DNA from: Clostridiales bacterium | GTDB taxonomy: Bacteria > Bacillota > Clostridia > Christensenellales > CAG-138 | Direction: 5' to 3' | Assembly (NCBI GenBank): GCA_012517905.1 | Contig: JAAYUE010000053.1 | Location: forward strand, 9,750-73,749 | DNA length: 64,000 nucleotides | Shown: in pieces, positions 18,187 to 28,244 of the stretch | Layout: every line of letters begins with the position of its first letter | Position numbering within the stretch: position 1 is the first letter of the stretch | Notes under the pieces: generated by a model | Told to the model about the DNA's origin: nothing | Databases searched by the model: none | Seen by the model: the letters and a program-made list of their open reading frames with translations, nothing else | Program-made: the position numbers and the translations under genes

Positions 18187-19437
18187 TCAGTACGCGCCGT
18201 CCTTGCGCATCCCGCGCAGCATCTTCTGCCACGCCGCCTGCGCAAGACGAAACTGCGCGGCGTGGCGCGGAACGTTTTTGCGAAACTTTTCGAACTCGCC
18301 CTTGATCGCAAGAAACCCGTCGTTCTGAAAATACGCCGCAAATTTGGGCAGCACCGCATCGAGCGTCTCCTGCATGGAGGACATCTCCGCTTCAAAATCG
18401 TCCGGACGCGTAAGGTTGACCAGCAGCGGCTTATAGCGCACCCAACCCGTGCACGCGCCGAGAAAGCGCGACGCAACCTCCCGCGAGTCGCCCGTGATCG
18501 GCGCCAGCCGCTGCGGCAGCACGCCGTCGAGCAGGTGCCGGTAGATGGAAAACCCGTCGTGGAACGCATAACAGGGAATCTGCCGGACGGTGCGCTCGTG
18601 CAGCAACGTGGAGAGGAAGGTGTCCTCGCCGCGCGCGCCGGGCGGGTTATAAAACGGAAACGTCCGCTCCGGCTTTGTCAGATTGACGCAGAGGTTCGCG
18701 CCGGAAATGAACTTGCAGCCCTGTAGTTCCGGCACCTCCTCCGTTTCCTTTTTTGTAAGGATATCCGTGGAGGCATACGTCACCCCGCCGGATTCCATGA
18801 GGCGCTTCATGCTGTCCCAGCTTATGATGTCGTTGCTGATGGCCTCGATGAACGCCTGAAAGTCGGACTCGGTCAGCACGTCGTTGAATCGAATCTGCGG
18901 AATCGGGGACACGTATCCGCAGTGCAGCCCGTTTGTGTAGTCCGCGCCTTCGATTTCGCGCAGATGAGAGAGCAGCACCTGCTGTCCGCTCCAGAGGCAG
19001 TGTCCGTGGTTGTTGGTCACCGCAAGCGGATACTCGTCGTCGTCGAGAAACAGCAGATGGTCGACGCCGTTTTCGAGCGCGGCAAACAGGATGGCGTTGC
19101 GCTTTCCCGCGTATCCCGCGCCGAATACGCTGCGCAGCTCCGCTTTCGTAAATTCTCCGCCGGACTCCATCCGCTCGATGCTGCGCAGCGCGTTTTTTGC
19201 GCCTAGGAACACGATGCGGTCGAACTGGTCCACGATCTCCTGGCTGAGGTTGGTATAGTCGGTGGACTTCGTGCTCAGATAGTCCAGATCATATGCCACA
19301 AAGAGGCTCAGACGGACTTCCACGTCCGGCGGGAGGCTTTTTTTCGACTCCATCCATGTGTTTGCGTACGCGTTGAGCACTTTTTTGAAGCTCTTTCTGC
19401 CCGTCGCAAACCCGATTCCAAAGTGAACTGTTTTCAT
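18187..19437 (-). CDS. Hypothetical protein with a GT-A-like nucleotide-sugar transferase signature (function unknown)
   Basis: ORF 18187..19470. ATG 19437 has GGAGGAG upstream. No TM segment or signal peptide seen. Motif string GAGYAGKRNAILFAALENGVDHLLFLDDDEYP, then PPGARGEDTF. Monocistronic, with terminators on both sides. Confidence 0.6.
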   Translation of the reverse strand: MKTVHFGIGFATGRKSFKKVLNAYANTWMESKKSLPPDVEVRLSLFVAYDLDYLSTKSTDYTNLSQEIVDQFDRIVFLGAKNALRSIERMESGGEFTKAELRSVFGAGYAGKRNAILFAALENGVDHLLFLDDDEYPLAVTNNHGHCLWSGQQVLLSHLREIEGADYTNGLHCGYVSPIPQIRFNDVLTESDFQAFIEAISNDIISWDSMKRLMESGGVTYASTDILTKKETEEVPELQGCKFISGANLCVNLTKPERTFPFYNPPGARGEDTFLSTLLHERTVRQIPCYAFHDGFSIYRHLLDGVLPQRLAPITGDSREVASRFLGACTGWVRYKPLLVNLTRPDDFEAEMSSMQETLDAVLPKFAAYFQNDGFLAIKGEFEKFRKNVPRHAAQFRLAQAAWQKMLRGMRKDGAY

Positions 19438-19491
19438 GCACACTCCTCCCTGTTTTGATGATTCCCTCATATGCCTGCTTTATCATTGTAC

Positions 19492-19530
19492 AAAAAAACG
19501 GGCTCGCTGTCGAATCGGACCCGTTTTTTT
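19492..19530 (-). terminator. Terminator-like hairpin downstream of the GH2 gene
   Basis: A7-CGGGCTCG...CGGACCCG-T7: an imperfect stem (4 bp, one mismatch, 3 bp) flanked by A and T runs. Confidence 0.5.
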
Positions 19531-19626
19531 GTTAGGTTCTTCAATGGTTCCCAGCCGCCGTTCAAAGCGAAGTACCGCTTCGCCGTGCGTTCCGCGAGGA
19601 AGTTTTTTCGCGGCTTTAGGCCGGAA

Positions 19627-21864
19627 TCAGGGCTTTTTAATCCTGTTCAACGCGCGGTTCAGCTCGACGGTCTTCGCGGGATCGAACTGTTTTCCCGCGA
19701 GCTTGATCATCCGCTCCAGCGAAAACCCGCTCATCATCTTCTGCATCTGCTCGCTCGGGGCGAAGTCCTTGCCGCCGAATTCCGAGAGCGCCTTTTGCAG
19801 CATCGGCTCCATCAGCGCGCGCCCTGCGTCCGTCTGCATGATGTCGCCGATGGAATCGCGAATCGAGAAATATCCCTCGGGATAGTCCAGCTCGCAGGGA
19901 TTGCCCTCGCTGTCAAACCAGTTGACGCCCGCGCCGGCCGCCGTATCCTGGCAATACTCCGGGTTCGGCTTTCTCACGCGGCGGAACGCGGCCTCGTCGG
20001 CGCACGCCCAGGCGACGGCGCGAAGGCGCGTCTTGCCGATCCGGCGCAGCGGCACGCTGAACGAGAAGACATGCGCCCCGTCCTGCCGCGCCAACAGTCG
20101 GCCGCCCAGATAGAGGTCCACGTGCGATTGGTTGCTGTAGACCAGCAGCGTCATGCTTTCGCCTGCGCGGTCGGAAAACCGCTTTTCGGCGATATGCACA
20201 AACGGCTCCTTCGCCCACCAGGCTTTGTAGAGATAGAAACTATCTTTTTTCGTCTTGCGGTCAAAGGTGACGAGGCCCTTGTTGTTGCGGCCCTTGACGC
20301 CGCCCTCGTCGCGCATGTCGGAGGCGAAGTCGAACATGTTCCAAACATGCGTGCTCCAAAGATACGGCCGCTCGTCGAACGTTTCAAGCATGCGGCGGTG
20401 GTAATACGCCTGATACTCCTCCGAATAGTCGCCCATCTTCGGCTGGTCCGAATGCCAGCGCAGAACGGCTTCCGCGCCGTATTCCGAAAGCCCAAGCGGA
20501 ATGGAAGGGTGCTGCCGATGAAACGCGTCCAGCCAGGGGCCGTTGTCCCCTACGCTCGCGCCATACCAGCCGAAATAATGGTTGTAGGAGAGGATGTCCG
20601 AAACATGCAGCAGCGGGCTGTCCGTCTCCAGCATGGAAACGCACGCCATCGTGGTGAGGCGGGACGCGTCCAGCGTATGGCAGAGCTCGTTGAGGATGCG
20701 GTGGTTTTCCAGCAGGTCGTCGGTCACGCCGTTGATCGTGATTTCGTTGGAAAGCCCCCAGCAGACGATCGACGGATGGTTCCAGTTCTGCCTGACGAGC
20801 TCCGTCATCTGCGAAACGGTGTTCGCGCGCCCTTCGGGCATATGGCGGGAGATATAGGGAATCTCCGCCCAGACGATCATGCCGTATTTGTCGCACAGGT
20901 CGTAGAAATAGTCGTCGTGCTGATAGTGCGCAAGGCGGATCGTATTCGCGCCGACCTCGCGAATCAGCGCCATGTCCTCCTCGTGATCCGCCCGCGAAAT
21001 CGCCCAGCCTTTGTTCTCCCGGTCCTGATGGCGCGACACGCCGTGCAGCGGATACGATCTGCCGTTGAGGAAAAAGCCCTTTCCCGGATCGATCCGAAAC
21101 GAACGAACGCCAAACGAGACCTCGATCCGGTCGAGCGCCGCGCCGTTTTCCAGCAGCGACACGCGCGCCGTATAGAGATATGGATCGTCCAGCCCGTCCC
21201 AGAGGTGCGGATGTTCCAGCGCCATGCGCAGCGATGCCGCTTCGACCGCTTCGCTTTCCGCGCTTGCGGCGACGGCGCCATCCGCCGTCAACAGCTCCAC
21301 GCGGACCCGTTGGCCGGAGCGAACGTTGGTCAGCAGCACGTCCGCCGTCACCTCGGCTCTCGTTCGCTGTTCGTCCAGCGCGGGCGTGATCTTCACGCCG
21401 GAGTCGCCGAAGTCGTCCAGCGAAATCCGGCTCTCGGGCGCAACCACGAGCGAAACGCCGCGGTAGAGCCCGCCGAAAAACGTAAAGTCCGCAAACTGCG
21501 GGTAGACGTGCGGCCGCTCGGCGTTGTCGGCGAGGATGGTCAGCGTATCGCCGCCGTGGAGCAGGCTGGTGATGTCCGCGCGAAATTTTGAAAATCCGCC
21601 CTCGTGTTTTGCGGCGGACACGCCGTTTACCAGCACCTCGGCATTGAGCCCCGCCGCGGGGATTTCGAGATAAACGCGGTCCGTCGCTTCGCGCGCGATG
21701 TTCGGCAGCGTCCGCTCATAGCGGCACGCGCCGCGGTAATAGTCGCTTCCGCCGTCCTGTCCGTCAAGCGCGTTCCAGGTATGCGGCAGGGTCACCTGCT
21801 CCGGTTTTGCCGTTTCTGTTTTGGTAAACTGCCAGTTATCATTGATGGATATCGTTTTTCGCAT
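19627..21864 (-). CDS. Glycoside hydrolase family 2, beta-glucuronidase-like
   Basis: 745-aa ORF. Acid/base region NHPSIVCWGLSNE, nucleophile region LSEYG. WNMFDFASDMRDEGGVKGRNNKGLVTFDRKTKK resembles the recalled E. coli GUS NxK region (GGNKKGIFTRDRKPK). Confidence 0.85.
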   Translation of the reverse strand: MRKTISINDNWQFTKTETAKPEQVTLPHTWNALDGQDGGSDYYRGACRYERTLPNIAREATDRVYLEIPAAGLNAEVLVNGVSAAKHEGGFSKFRADITSLLHGGDTLTILADNAERPHVYPQFADFTFFGGLYRGVSLVVAPESRISLDDFGDSGVKITPALDEQRTRAEVTADVLLTNVRSGQRVRVELLTADGAVAASAESEAVEAASLRMALEHPHLWDGLDDPYLYTARVSLLENGAALDRIEVSFGVRSFRIDPGKGFFLNGRSYPLHGVSRHQDRENKGWAISRADHEEDMALIREVGANTIRLAHYQHDDYFYDLCDKYGMIVWAEIPYISRHMPEGRANTVSQMTELVRQNWNHPSIVCWGLSNEITINGVTDDLLENHRILNELCHTLDASRLTTMACVSMLETDSPLLHVSDILSYNHYFGWYGASVGDNGPWLDAFHRQHPSIPLGLSEYGAEAVLRWHSDQPKMGDYSEEYQAYYHRRMLETFDERPYLWSTHVWNMFDFASDMRDEGGVKGRNNKGLVTFDRKTKKDSFYLYKAWWAKEPFVHIAEKRFSDRAGESMTLLVYSNQSHVDLYLGGRLLARQDGAHVFSFSVPLRRIGKTRLRAVAWACADEAAFRRVRKPNPEYCQDTAAGAGVNWFDSEGNPCELDYPEGYFSIRDSIGDIMQTDAGRALMEPMLQKALSEFGGKDFAPSEQMQKMMSGFSLERMIKLAGKQFDPAKTVELNRALNRIKKP

Positions 21865-21892
21865 GGTATTTCCTTTCGCCGAGAGGCGGGCG

Positions 21893-21920
21893 CCGGACGC
21901 ATTCGAATCGATGCGTCCGG
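21893..21920 (-). other. Intercistronic stem-loop between the transporter and GH2 genes
   Basis: CCGGACGCAT-TCGAATCG-ATGCGTCCGG, a 10-bp perfect stem with no U tract. Confidence 0.6.
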
Positions 21921-21942
21921 TACGCCGCCGGATTTCTGAATG

Positions 21943-23376
21943 TCAGTCTTCTTCGGCCGTCTGTCCGACCAGTTCCGAATTGTTGCGGCCGAGCGCGGCT
22001 TCCATGTCCGCGACCGCTTTTTTGTCGAGGTTATACACCCACTGGAGGAACACGAACATGAGCACAAGCCCGCCAAGGTAGACATAGCCGATCATCTGGC
22101 GGATGTTGTTGGCCACCTCCACGGTCTGATGCGCGCCGTTTTCACTGATGTATCCGGTCAGCATCAGCAGGAACGCGATGATCGACGCGCCAAAACCCTG
22201 CGCGAGCTTGCGGCCGAGCGAGTACGTCGCGTAAACCGTGCCCTCTTCGCGGCGTCCGGTCTTGAGCTCTTGATAATCGATGCAGTCCGCAACCATCGCC
22301 CAGCCGACCATGGCGAAGATGGAGAAGGAGAAGGAGACGACGACGCTGAGCACGATCCAAACGATCAGGCCGCTCATATTCGGCTGAATCGGCAGAACCG
22401 CCATCAGCAGCGCGGCGACCATGCCCACAAGAAGCGGATAGGTCGACGCTTCCTTTTTGCCGAACCGCTTCACGATCGGCTTGATCAGCGGAATGATGAT
22501 CAGCATCGGCAGATACGAGATGAACGAGATGACGCCGGACATCTGCGCGTTCTGGAAAAAGCTCTGAAACAGGATCTGCGTCGCGCTGGCCAGTCCGGAC
22601 ATCATGATCAGGCTCGCCATTGCCGCGATGGTCGTGCCGACCGCCGCGCGGTTTTTGAAGAAGCTCGCCATCGCCTGCCAGTAATTATACTTCGGTCGGT
22701 CGGCGGCGTCCTCCTTTACCTGGACGCGCTCCACCGTGCCTTTGAGCAGGATCTGGAAGGCAAAGAACGCCGCGACGCCCATGATCAGCGCGATGATGAA
22801 GAGCCGGTTTCCCAGCAGGTTGTTGTTCTGGTCATAGCAGAAGAGCGGCAGCGCGACCATGATCGCGATATTCGCCAGAAACGCGCCGAGGGAGCGATAG
22901 GTGGAAAGCTGCGCGCGCTCGGTGGGGTCCGCCGAAATCGCCGCGTTCATTGCGCCGTATGGCACGTTGACGATCGTATAGGACATATCCCAGACCAGAT
23001 AGCCGACGACGCAGACGAGCACCTTGACCCAGTACGGCGCGTTCGGAATGGGCAGAAAGCACATCGCGCCGGACACGATCAGAAGGAACGAGCCGAAGTA
23101 GATATAGCTCTTGAATTTGCCCCGCTTGCCGGGCTTGAGCGAGTCCATCAGCCCGCCCATGATCGGGTCGTTGATGCCGTCCCAAATTTTCAGCAGCAAG
23201 ATGATGACGCCCCATGTGGTCAGGCTCAGTCCGATATACTGCGTGTAAAACAGCATCAGGTAAGAGTTGAGCGCAAAGCTCATGTTGCAGCCGAAATCGC
23301 CCATGGCATACGACCACTTGTCCTTTGCGCCAAACGGGCGCAGGGGCTTGACCGCTTTGTTGGGAATCGCTTCCAT
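21943..23376 (-). CDS. GPH-family (glycoside-pentoside-hexuronide) cation symporter
   Basis: ORF 21943..23607. ATG 23376 (MEAIPNKAVKPLRPFGAKDKWSYAMGDFG) has GGGAGG upstream. Multi-TM protein with a KPGKRGKFK loop. Confidence 0.85.
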   Translation of the reverse strand: MEAIPNKAVKPLRPFGAKDKWSYAMGDFGCNMSFALNSYLMLFYTQYIGLSLTTWGVIILLLKIWDGINDPIMGGLMDSLKPGKRGKFKSYIYFGSFLLIVSGAMCFLPIPNAPYWVKVLVCVVGYLVWDMSYTIVNVPYGAMNAAISADPTERAQLSTYRSLGAFLANIAIMVALPLFCYDQNNNLLGNRLFIIALIMGVAAFFAFQILLKGTVERVQVKEDAADRPKYNYWQAMASFFKNRAAVGTTIAAMASLIMMSGLASATQILFQSFFQNAQMSGVISFISYLPMLIIIPLIKPIVKRFGKKEASTYPLLVGMVAALLMAVLPIQPNMSGLIVWIVLSVVVSFSFSIFAMVGWAMVADCIDYQELKTGRREEGTVYATYSLGRKLAQGFGASIIAFLLMLTGYISENGAHQTVEVANNIRQMIGYVYLGGLVLMFVFLQWVYNLDKKAVADMEAALGRNNSELVGQTAEED

Positions 23377-23657
23377 TGTGAACAGTACCTCCCGTATGAT
23401 GTTTTGTTTGTATCCCTGCCGCACAGGGCAGTTCCGTCCGGTTAAATGCGGATGCGCAGGCGGCAAACCGCCGCGCGGGGGCATGTGCATGTCTGATTGA
23501 ATTGGGCGTGTGTTTTGTATCCGGTTCGTGCGGGCCGGTCTGAAACGATCGAGAACTGCCAACATTTTCTTAATACCATCATATCTTGCACAGAAGCACA
23601 AATTCATGTAAATTATTGATATGTTCTTTTCTATTTTTGATTTTATTGAGGGCTTTG

Positions 23658-24932
23658 ATGGTGAAATCCGAAACGATCGCCGCGCTGAAACTAAGATGTG
23701 AAAACCTGCTGCTGCTCTCGCCCTGCAACCTGTATCTGAGCGCGGGCGGCGAGACGACGCCGTTTTTTCGCCTGCAGATGTCTTCCGTCGTCAGCGCCGT
23801 CATCGAAACCGCGCGCAAGAAGCAGGTGCACGCGCTGGAACGGCAGCTGCGCGAAACGCCGCAGGCAAACACCGTCTTGCTCTGGATCGATCCGTTCCGC
23901 CTGGGATACCTGACGCTGGCGGTCGGCGGCGGCGACGCGCGGTGCTTCGTCACCTTCGGCCCGTTCGTCGCCGAGCGGATCAGCGCGGACGAGCTGCGCT
24001 ATGTCGGATATAAGATGAAGCTCGGCAGCGACGCCTGTCTGCTGCTGGAAACGTTCTTCGGCATTCTGCCGACATTTGACAAAGCGGAGCGCGACCGGGC
24101 CGCCGCCGTGCTCAGCGCCTATTTTGCATCGGATTCTCCTGCGTTTGCGCTGTCGGTCGAAGACCATCCGATCGAGCAGCCGGGCGAGGAGACGCTGTCC
24201 GAAGCGGAATTCGAGCAGAGAAGTTTCGTCACGGAAAACTATGCCATCGAAGCGAAGCTGCTCAGCGCGGTGGAGTATGGGGACATCGAGTATATTCGCG
24301 AAAGCTTCGGCAGCAATATGCGCTCCTTCAGCCTGCAGTCGATGGTCCACTCCCGATATCCGAACGATCCGCTGCGGGAGATGAAAAACCTCGCGATCAC
24401 CGGCAACTCCATCTGCCTGCGCGCCGCCATCAAGGGCGGGCTCAACTCCAGTCTCGCGCACAACATGTCCCGCGCGTTTGCCATCCGTGTCGAGCAGATG
24501 ACCAGCCGGGAATCGATCACCGACCTCATTCGCGAAATCTCCCTGCGCTATACGCAGGCCGTCCGCGAATACGCGCTGACCAACTGTTCCGAGCTGATCG
24601 TTAACGCGGTGATCCTCGTCCACCGCAATATTTCCTCCTCGATTTCGCTGGCGGATATCGCGCGGCAGCTGCATGTCAGCCGGGAGCATCTCTCGCGCCG
24701 CTTCCGCCAGGAAATGGGGACGACGCTCACCGATTATGTGCATCGCTCCAAGGTCCGCGAGTCGCTGCCACTGCTTGCCTCGCGAAAATACGACGTCGCG
24801 CGCATCGCGTTTCTCTTCGGGTACTCCTCTCCGTCGCACTACACAAAGGCGTTCATCCGCCAGATGGGGCTCTCCCCCAAGCAATGGCAGCAAAAGCAGG
24901 GCAGCGAGCATGCGGCCACCGAGGAACTATAA
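23658..24932 (+). CDS. AraC-family transcriptional regulator
   Basis: ORF 23586..24932. ATG 23658 has GAGGG upstream. C-terminal double HTH (LADIARQLHVSREHLSRRFRQ ... FGYSSPSHYTKAFIRQMGLSP). Divergent from the symporter gene. Confidence 0.88.
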   Translation: MVKSETIAALKLRCENLLLLSPCNLYLSAGGETTPFFRLQMSSVVSAVIETARKKQVHALERQLRETPQANTVLLWIDPFRLGYLTLAVGGGDARCFVTFGPFVAERISADELRYVGYKMKLGSDACLLLETFFGILPTFDKAERDRAAAVLSAYFASDSPAFALSVEDHPIEQPGEETLSEAEFEQRSFVTENYAIEAKLLSAVEYGDIEYIRESFGSNMRSFSLQSMVHSRYPNDPLREMKNLAITGNSICLRAAIKGGLNSSLAHNMSRAFAIRVEQMTSRESITDLIREISLRYTQAVREYALTNCSELIVNAVILVHRNISSSISLADIARQLHVSREHLSRRFRQEMGTTLTDYVHRSKVRESLPLLASRKYDVARIAFLFGYSSPSHYTKAFIRQMGLSPKQWQQKQGSEHAATEEL

Positions 24933-24992
24933 AAGGCGGCTTCGATCGAACCGAGCAGCGAATCGATTCCATTTCCGCCACAAAACGGTATA

Positions 24993-27044
24993 ATGAGAAG
25001 CATGGAACGACAGACTTGTGGAATCCTCGCGCCGGCGGGCGGCGAAGAACAGCTGCTCGCGGCGGTGCGCTGCGGCGCAAACGCGGTCTACCTCGGCGGG
25101 CAGGCGTTCAACGCGCGCCGCAACGCCGCAAATTTCGACGGGGACGGTCTGAAAAAAGCCGTTTCCTATTGCCACGCGCGAAACGTCCGCGTATACGTCA
25201 CCGTCAACACGATTGTGCTGGACGGGGAGATGGCCGAGCTCGAAGCGGAGGCGGAGCGCATCGCGGCCGCAGGCGCGGACGCCGTGATCATTCAGGACAT
25301 GGCCGTGCTGCGTCTGTTTGTCGGGCGCTATCCTTCCATCGAACGGCACGCCTCCACCCAGACCGCCGCGCACAACATCGACGGCGCGCGGTTTTTGCAG
25401 GAAGCCGGGTTCGACAGCTTCGTGCTCGCGCGCGAACTCACGCTCTCCGAAATGGAGGCCGTCTGCTCCGCCGTGTCGATCAAAGCGGAGGCGTTTATCC
25501 ACGGCGCGCATTGCATGAGCGTGTCCGGCGCGTGCTACCTTTCCGCCATGCTCGGCGGCCGGAGCGGCAACCGCGGGCTCTGCGCGCAGCCCTGCCGCTT
25601 GAACTGGTCCTGCGGCGGCGGCGAATACGCGCTCTCGCTCAAGGATCTATCTCTGATTTCGCACATCCGCGAACTGGCGGACGCGGGCGTAAGCTCCTTT
25701 AAAATCGAGGGACGCATGAAGCGGCCGGAGTATGTCGCCGCGGCGACGCAGGCCTGCCGGCTCGCGCTAGAGGGAAAGCCCTACGACGCGGAACAGCTGC
25801 GCGCCGTGTTTTCCCGGGGCGGGTTTACGGACGGATACCTTACCGGCAGGCGCGGCGGCGATATGTTCGGCCACCGCACCAAAGAGGACGTGACCGGCGC
25901 GGAAGGCGTGCTGAAATCGCTCGCCGCGCTGTATCGAAACGAAACGCCGCTGGTCCCGGTCGACCTTGCCTTTACGCTGCGCGCGAACGAGGCTTGTCTA
26001 ACCGCGAGCGACGGCATCCGCGAAACGACCGCGCAGTCCGCCGCGCCGGAGCGCGCGGTCAACCGGCCGCTGGACGAAGCGGCCGCAAGGAAGAATCTGG
26101 AAAAAACGGGCGGCACGCCGTTCTTTATCCGCTCGTTTCAGGCGAATATCGAGGACGGATACACTCTGCCCGCATCCGCGCTGAACGCCCTGCGGCGGCA
26201 GGCGCTGGACGCGCTTTTGGATGATCGCAGCCAGATCGCTCCGGTTCCGCCGCAGCCTTACGCCATCGCCAAGCCGGCGCGTTACCGCTCCGCCCGCGAA
26301 CAGCCGGCACTCTGGGCGCGCTTTTACGACGTCGGGCAAATCGCAGCGGAGGATTCGTTTGAACGCATCCTTCTGCCCGCGGCGCGCATCGACGGGCCGA
26401 TCATCGAGCGCTTTGGGGACAGACTGATCGCGCAGCTGCCGACGCTGCTGTTTCCGGAGGACGAGGCGGCGTTTGACGCGCGCCTTGCCGAACTGGCCGG
26501 CCTGGGGCTGTCCGCCGTCTGGGCGAGCAACGTCTACGGCGTCGCGCTCGGCAGGCGCTTGGGGGTGGATGTACACGGCGGCTTTGCGCTGAACATCGCC
26601 AATACCGAAGCGCTGTTGGAGGTTCAGGCGCGGGGGCTCAAGAGCGTCGTCGTCTCGCCGGAGCTCTCCATGGCGGCGATCAAATCGCTCGGCGGATCGC
26701 TGCCGCGCGGCGCGCTGTCCTATGGCGGCATGCCGCTGATGCACGTTCGCAACTGTCCCGTACGCGCCGCCGTCGGCTGCGTCGGCTGCGGCGGCAGAGA
26801 ATCGCTGACCGACCGCAAAGGGATCGTTTTCCCCGTCGAATGCGACGAGAAACGAACCGCGACGCTGCTCAACAGCGTGCCGCTCGACCTCGCGGGACGA
26901 AATCTCGCCGGGCTGGATTTTCAGCTGCTGTATTTTACGCGGGAGCGCGCCGAAGAGGTCGAATCCGTCGCGCAGCGGTTCCTCTCCGCGCAAAAGACCG
27001 ACGCGCCGCATACCACCGGACTGTATTACCGCGAACTCTTGTAG
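24993..27044 (+). CDS. Peptidase U32 family protein (long form)
   Basis: 683-aa ORF. ILAPAGG...AVYLGG...FNARRNAANF and EAFIHGAHCMSVSGACYLS match the recalled U32 signature. An alternative start lies at 25002. Confidence 0.85.
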   Translation: MRSMERQTCGILAPAGGEEQLLAAVRCGANAVYLGGQAFNARRNAANFDGDGLKKAVSYCHARNVRVYVTVNTIVLDGEMAELEAEAERIAAAGADAVIIQDMAVLRLFVGRYPSIERHASTQTAAHNIDGARFLQEAGFDSFVLARELTLSEMEAVCSAVSIKAEAFIHGAHCMSVSGACYLSAMLGGRSGNRGLCAQPCRLNWSCGGGEYALSLKDLSLISHIRELADAGVSSFKIEGRMKRPEYVAAATQACRLALEGKPYDAEQLRAVFSRGGFTDGYLTGRRGGDMFGHRTKEDVTGAEGVLKSLAALYRNETPLVPVDLAFTLRANEACLTASDGIRETTAQSAAPERAVNRPLDEAAARKNLEKTGGTPFFIRSFQANIEDGYTLPASALNALRRQALDALLDDRSQIAPVPPQPYAIAKPARYRSAREQPALWARFYDVGQIAAEDSFERILLPAARIDGPIIERFGDRLIAQLPTLLFPEDEAAFDARLAELAGLGLSAVWASNVYGVALGRRLGVDVHGGFALNIANTEALLEVQARGLKSVVVSPELSMAAIKSLGGSLPRGALSYGGMPLMHVRNCPVRAAVGCVGCGGRESLTDRKGIVFPVECDEKRTATLLNSVPLDLAGRNLAGLDFQLLYFTRERAEEVESVAQRFLSAQKTDAPHTTGLYYRELL

Positions 27045-27063
27045 TTGCCTCACGGCGCAACGC

Positions 27064-27106
27064 AAAAAACAAAAAACCGGTACGGCAATTGCGCCGCACC
27101 GGTTTT
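27064..27106. terminator. Bidirectional terminator between convergent genes
   Basis: CCGGTACGGC-AATT-GCCGCACCGG (one mismatch), flanked by an A-rich tract upstream and TTTT downstream. Confidence 0.7.
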
Positions 27107-27125
27107 ATGGTTACACTCGAGTTTG

Positions 27126-28244
27126 TCAGCCCTTATCCGCCGCCAGTTCGCTGCGCTCCTGTCTGCGCGAAAGCCGGCGTTTTTTCATCTCCACAAAGCG
27201 GTCCTTGATCACCGGGCCGACGGTCTGCACCAGGATGACCGCAATCAGGACGAGGCCCTGGAACGTATCCTGAATATCCGTCGTGAGCGCGGGAATCGAA
27301 ACGATGATGAAGTTGATCGTCGTGTAGGAGAGCGCGCCGAAGAACACGCCGAGCAGGTTGCCGCGTCCGCCGCTCATGCTCACGCCGCCGAGCACCACCG
27401 CCGCAATGGCGTACATTTCATAGCTCTTGCCGGAGGAGGCGGGCGTCACGTTGCCGATTTTACAGGCCTGAATGAAGCTCGCGAGGCCCACGAGGATGCC
27501 GGTGACCACGAACACGGAGACCTTCACCCACTGGACGTTGACGCCCGCGAGGAAGGCGGCTTTTTCGTTGCTGCCGGTGGCGTAAACGCTCTTTCCGTAT
27601 TTCGTGCGCCGGGAGATGAGCAGGATGATCAACATCACCGCGACGAACACAAACGTGATGTACGGAATCGACACGCCCGCAAGGCTGCCGGTGCCGAATT
27701 TCATGCGCAGCACGTCATACGCGCTGTTGCTGCTGAGCATGGCAAACTGGCTGCTGGACGAGCCGGTGATGGCGGGATCGATCTCGCGCACAACCGAAAG
27801 CGTGAGCGAGCGGTAGATCAGCATGGTGCCAAGCGTCACGATAAACGGCGGCATCTTGGCATAGCCCGCGAGCACGCCGTTGATCAGGCCGCAGATCGCG
27901 CCGGCGGCGACTGCCGCAAGGAGCGTGAGCAGGATGCTATTGGTGATGTTGAACACCATGATGGTCACGCCGCTGCAGAGCACCAGCGCCGAGCCGACCG
28001 AAAGGTCGATCTGACCCGTGATGATGACGAGCGCCATGCCCAGCGCCATCGTGCCGACGATGACCGTGTTCTGGCTGGCGAGGATCGCCGTGATATGGCC
28101 CCACTTAAACGTGTTGCCGTTCGCCTGAATGGTGAACGCATAGACCAGCAGTATAATGGCGAAGACAAAGATGAAGCTGTAGCGCTTCCACGCCTTCGCA
28201 AGAAAAGATCCGACTCCGGCGATACCGCCTTTATTAGCCCGCAT
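27126..28244 (-). CDS. Sugar ABC transporter permease (ribose/galactoside type)
   Basis: ORF 27126..28346. ATG 28244 has GGAGAGGAG upstream and overlaps the ATPase gene by 11 nt. Multi-TM protein. Confidence 0.88.
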   Translation of the reverse strand: MRANKGGIAGVGSFLAKAWKRYSFIFVFAIILLVYAFTIQANGNTFKWGHITAILASQNTVIVGTMALGMALVIITGQIDLSVGSALVLCSGVTIMVFNITNSILLTLLAAVAAGAICGLINGVLAGYAKMPPFIVTLGTMLIYRSLTLSVVREIDPAITGSSSSQFAMLSSNSAYDVLRMKFGTGSLAGVSIPYITFVFVAVMLIILLISRRTKYGKSVYATGSNEKAAFLAGVNVQWVKVSVFVVTGILVGLASFIQACKIGNVTPASSGKSYEMYAIAAVVLGGVSMSGGRGNLLGVFFGALSYTTINFIIVSIPALTTDIQDTFQGLVLIAVILVQTVGPVIKDRFVEMKKRRLSRRQERSELAADKG

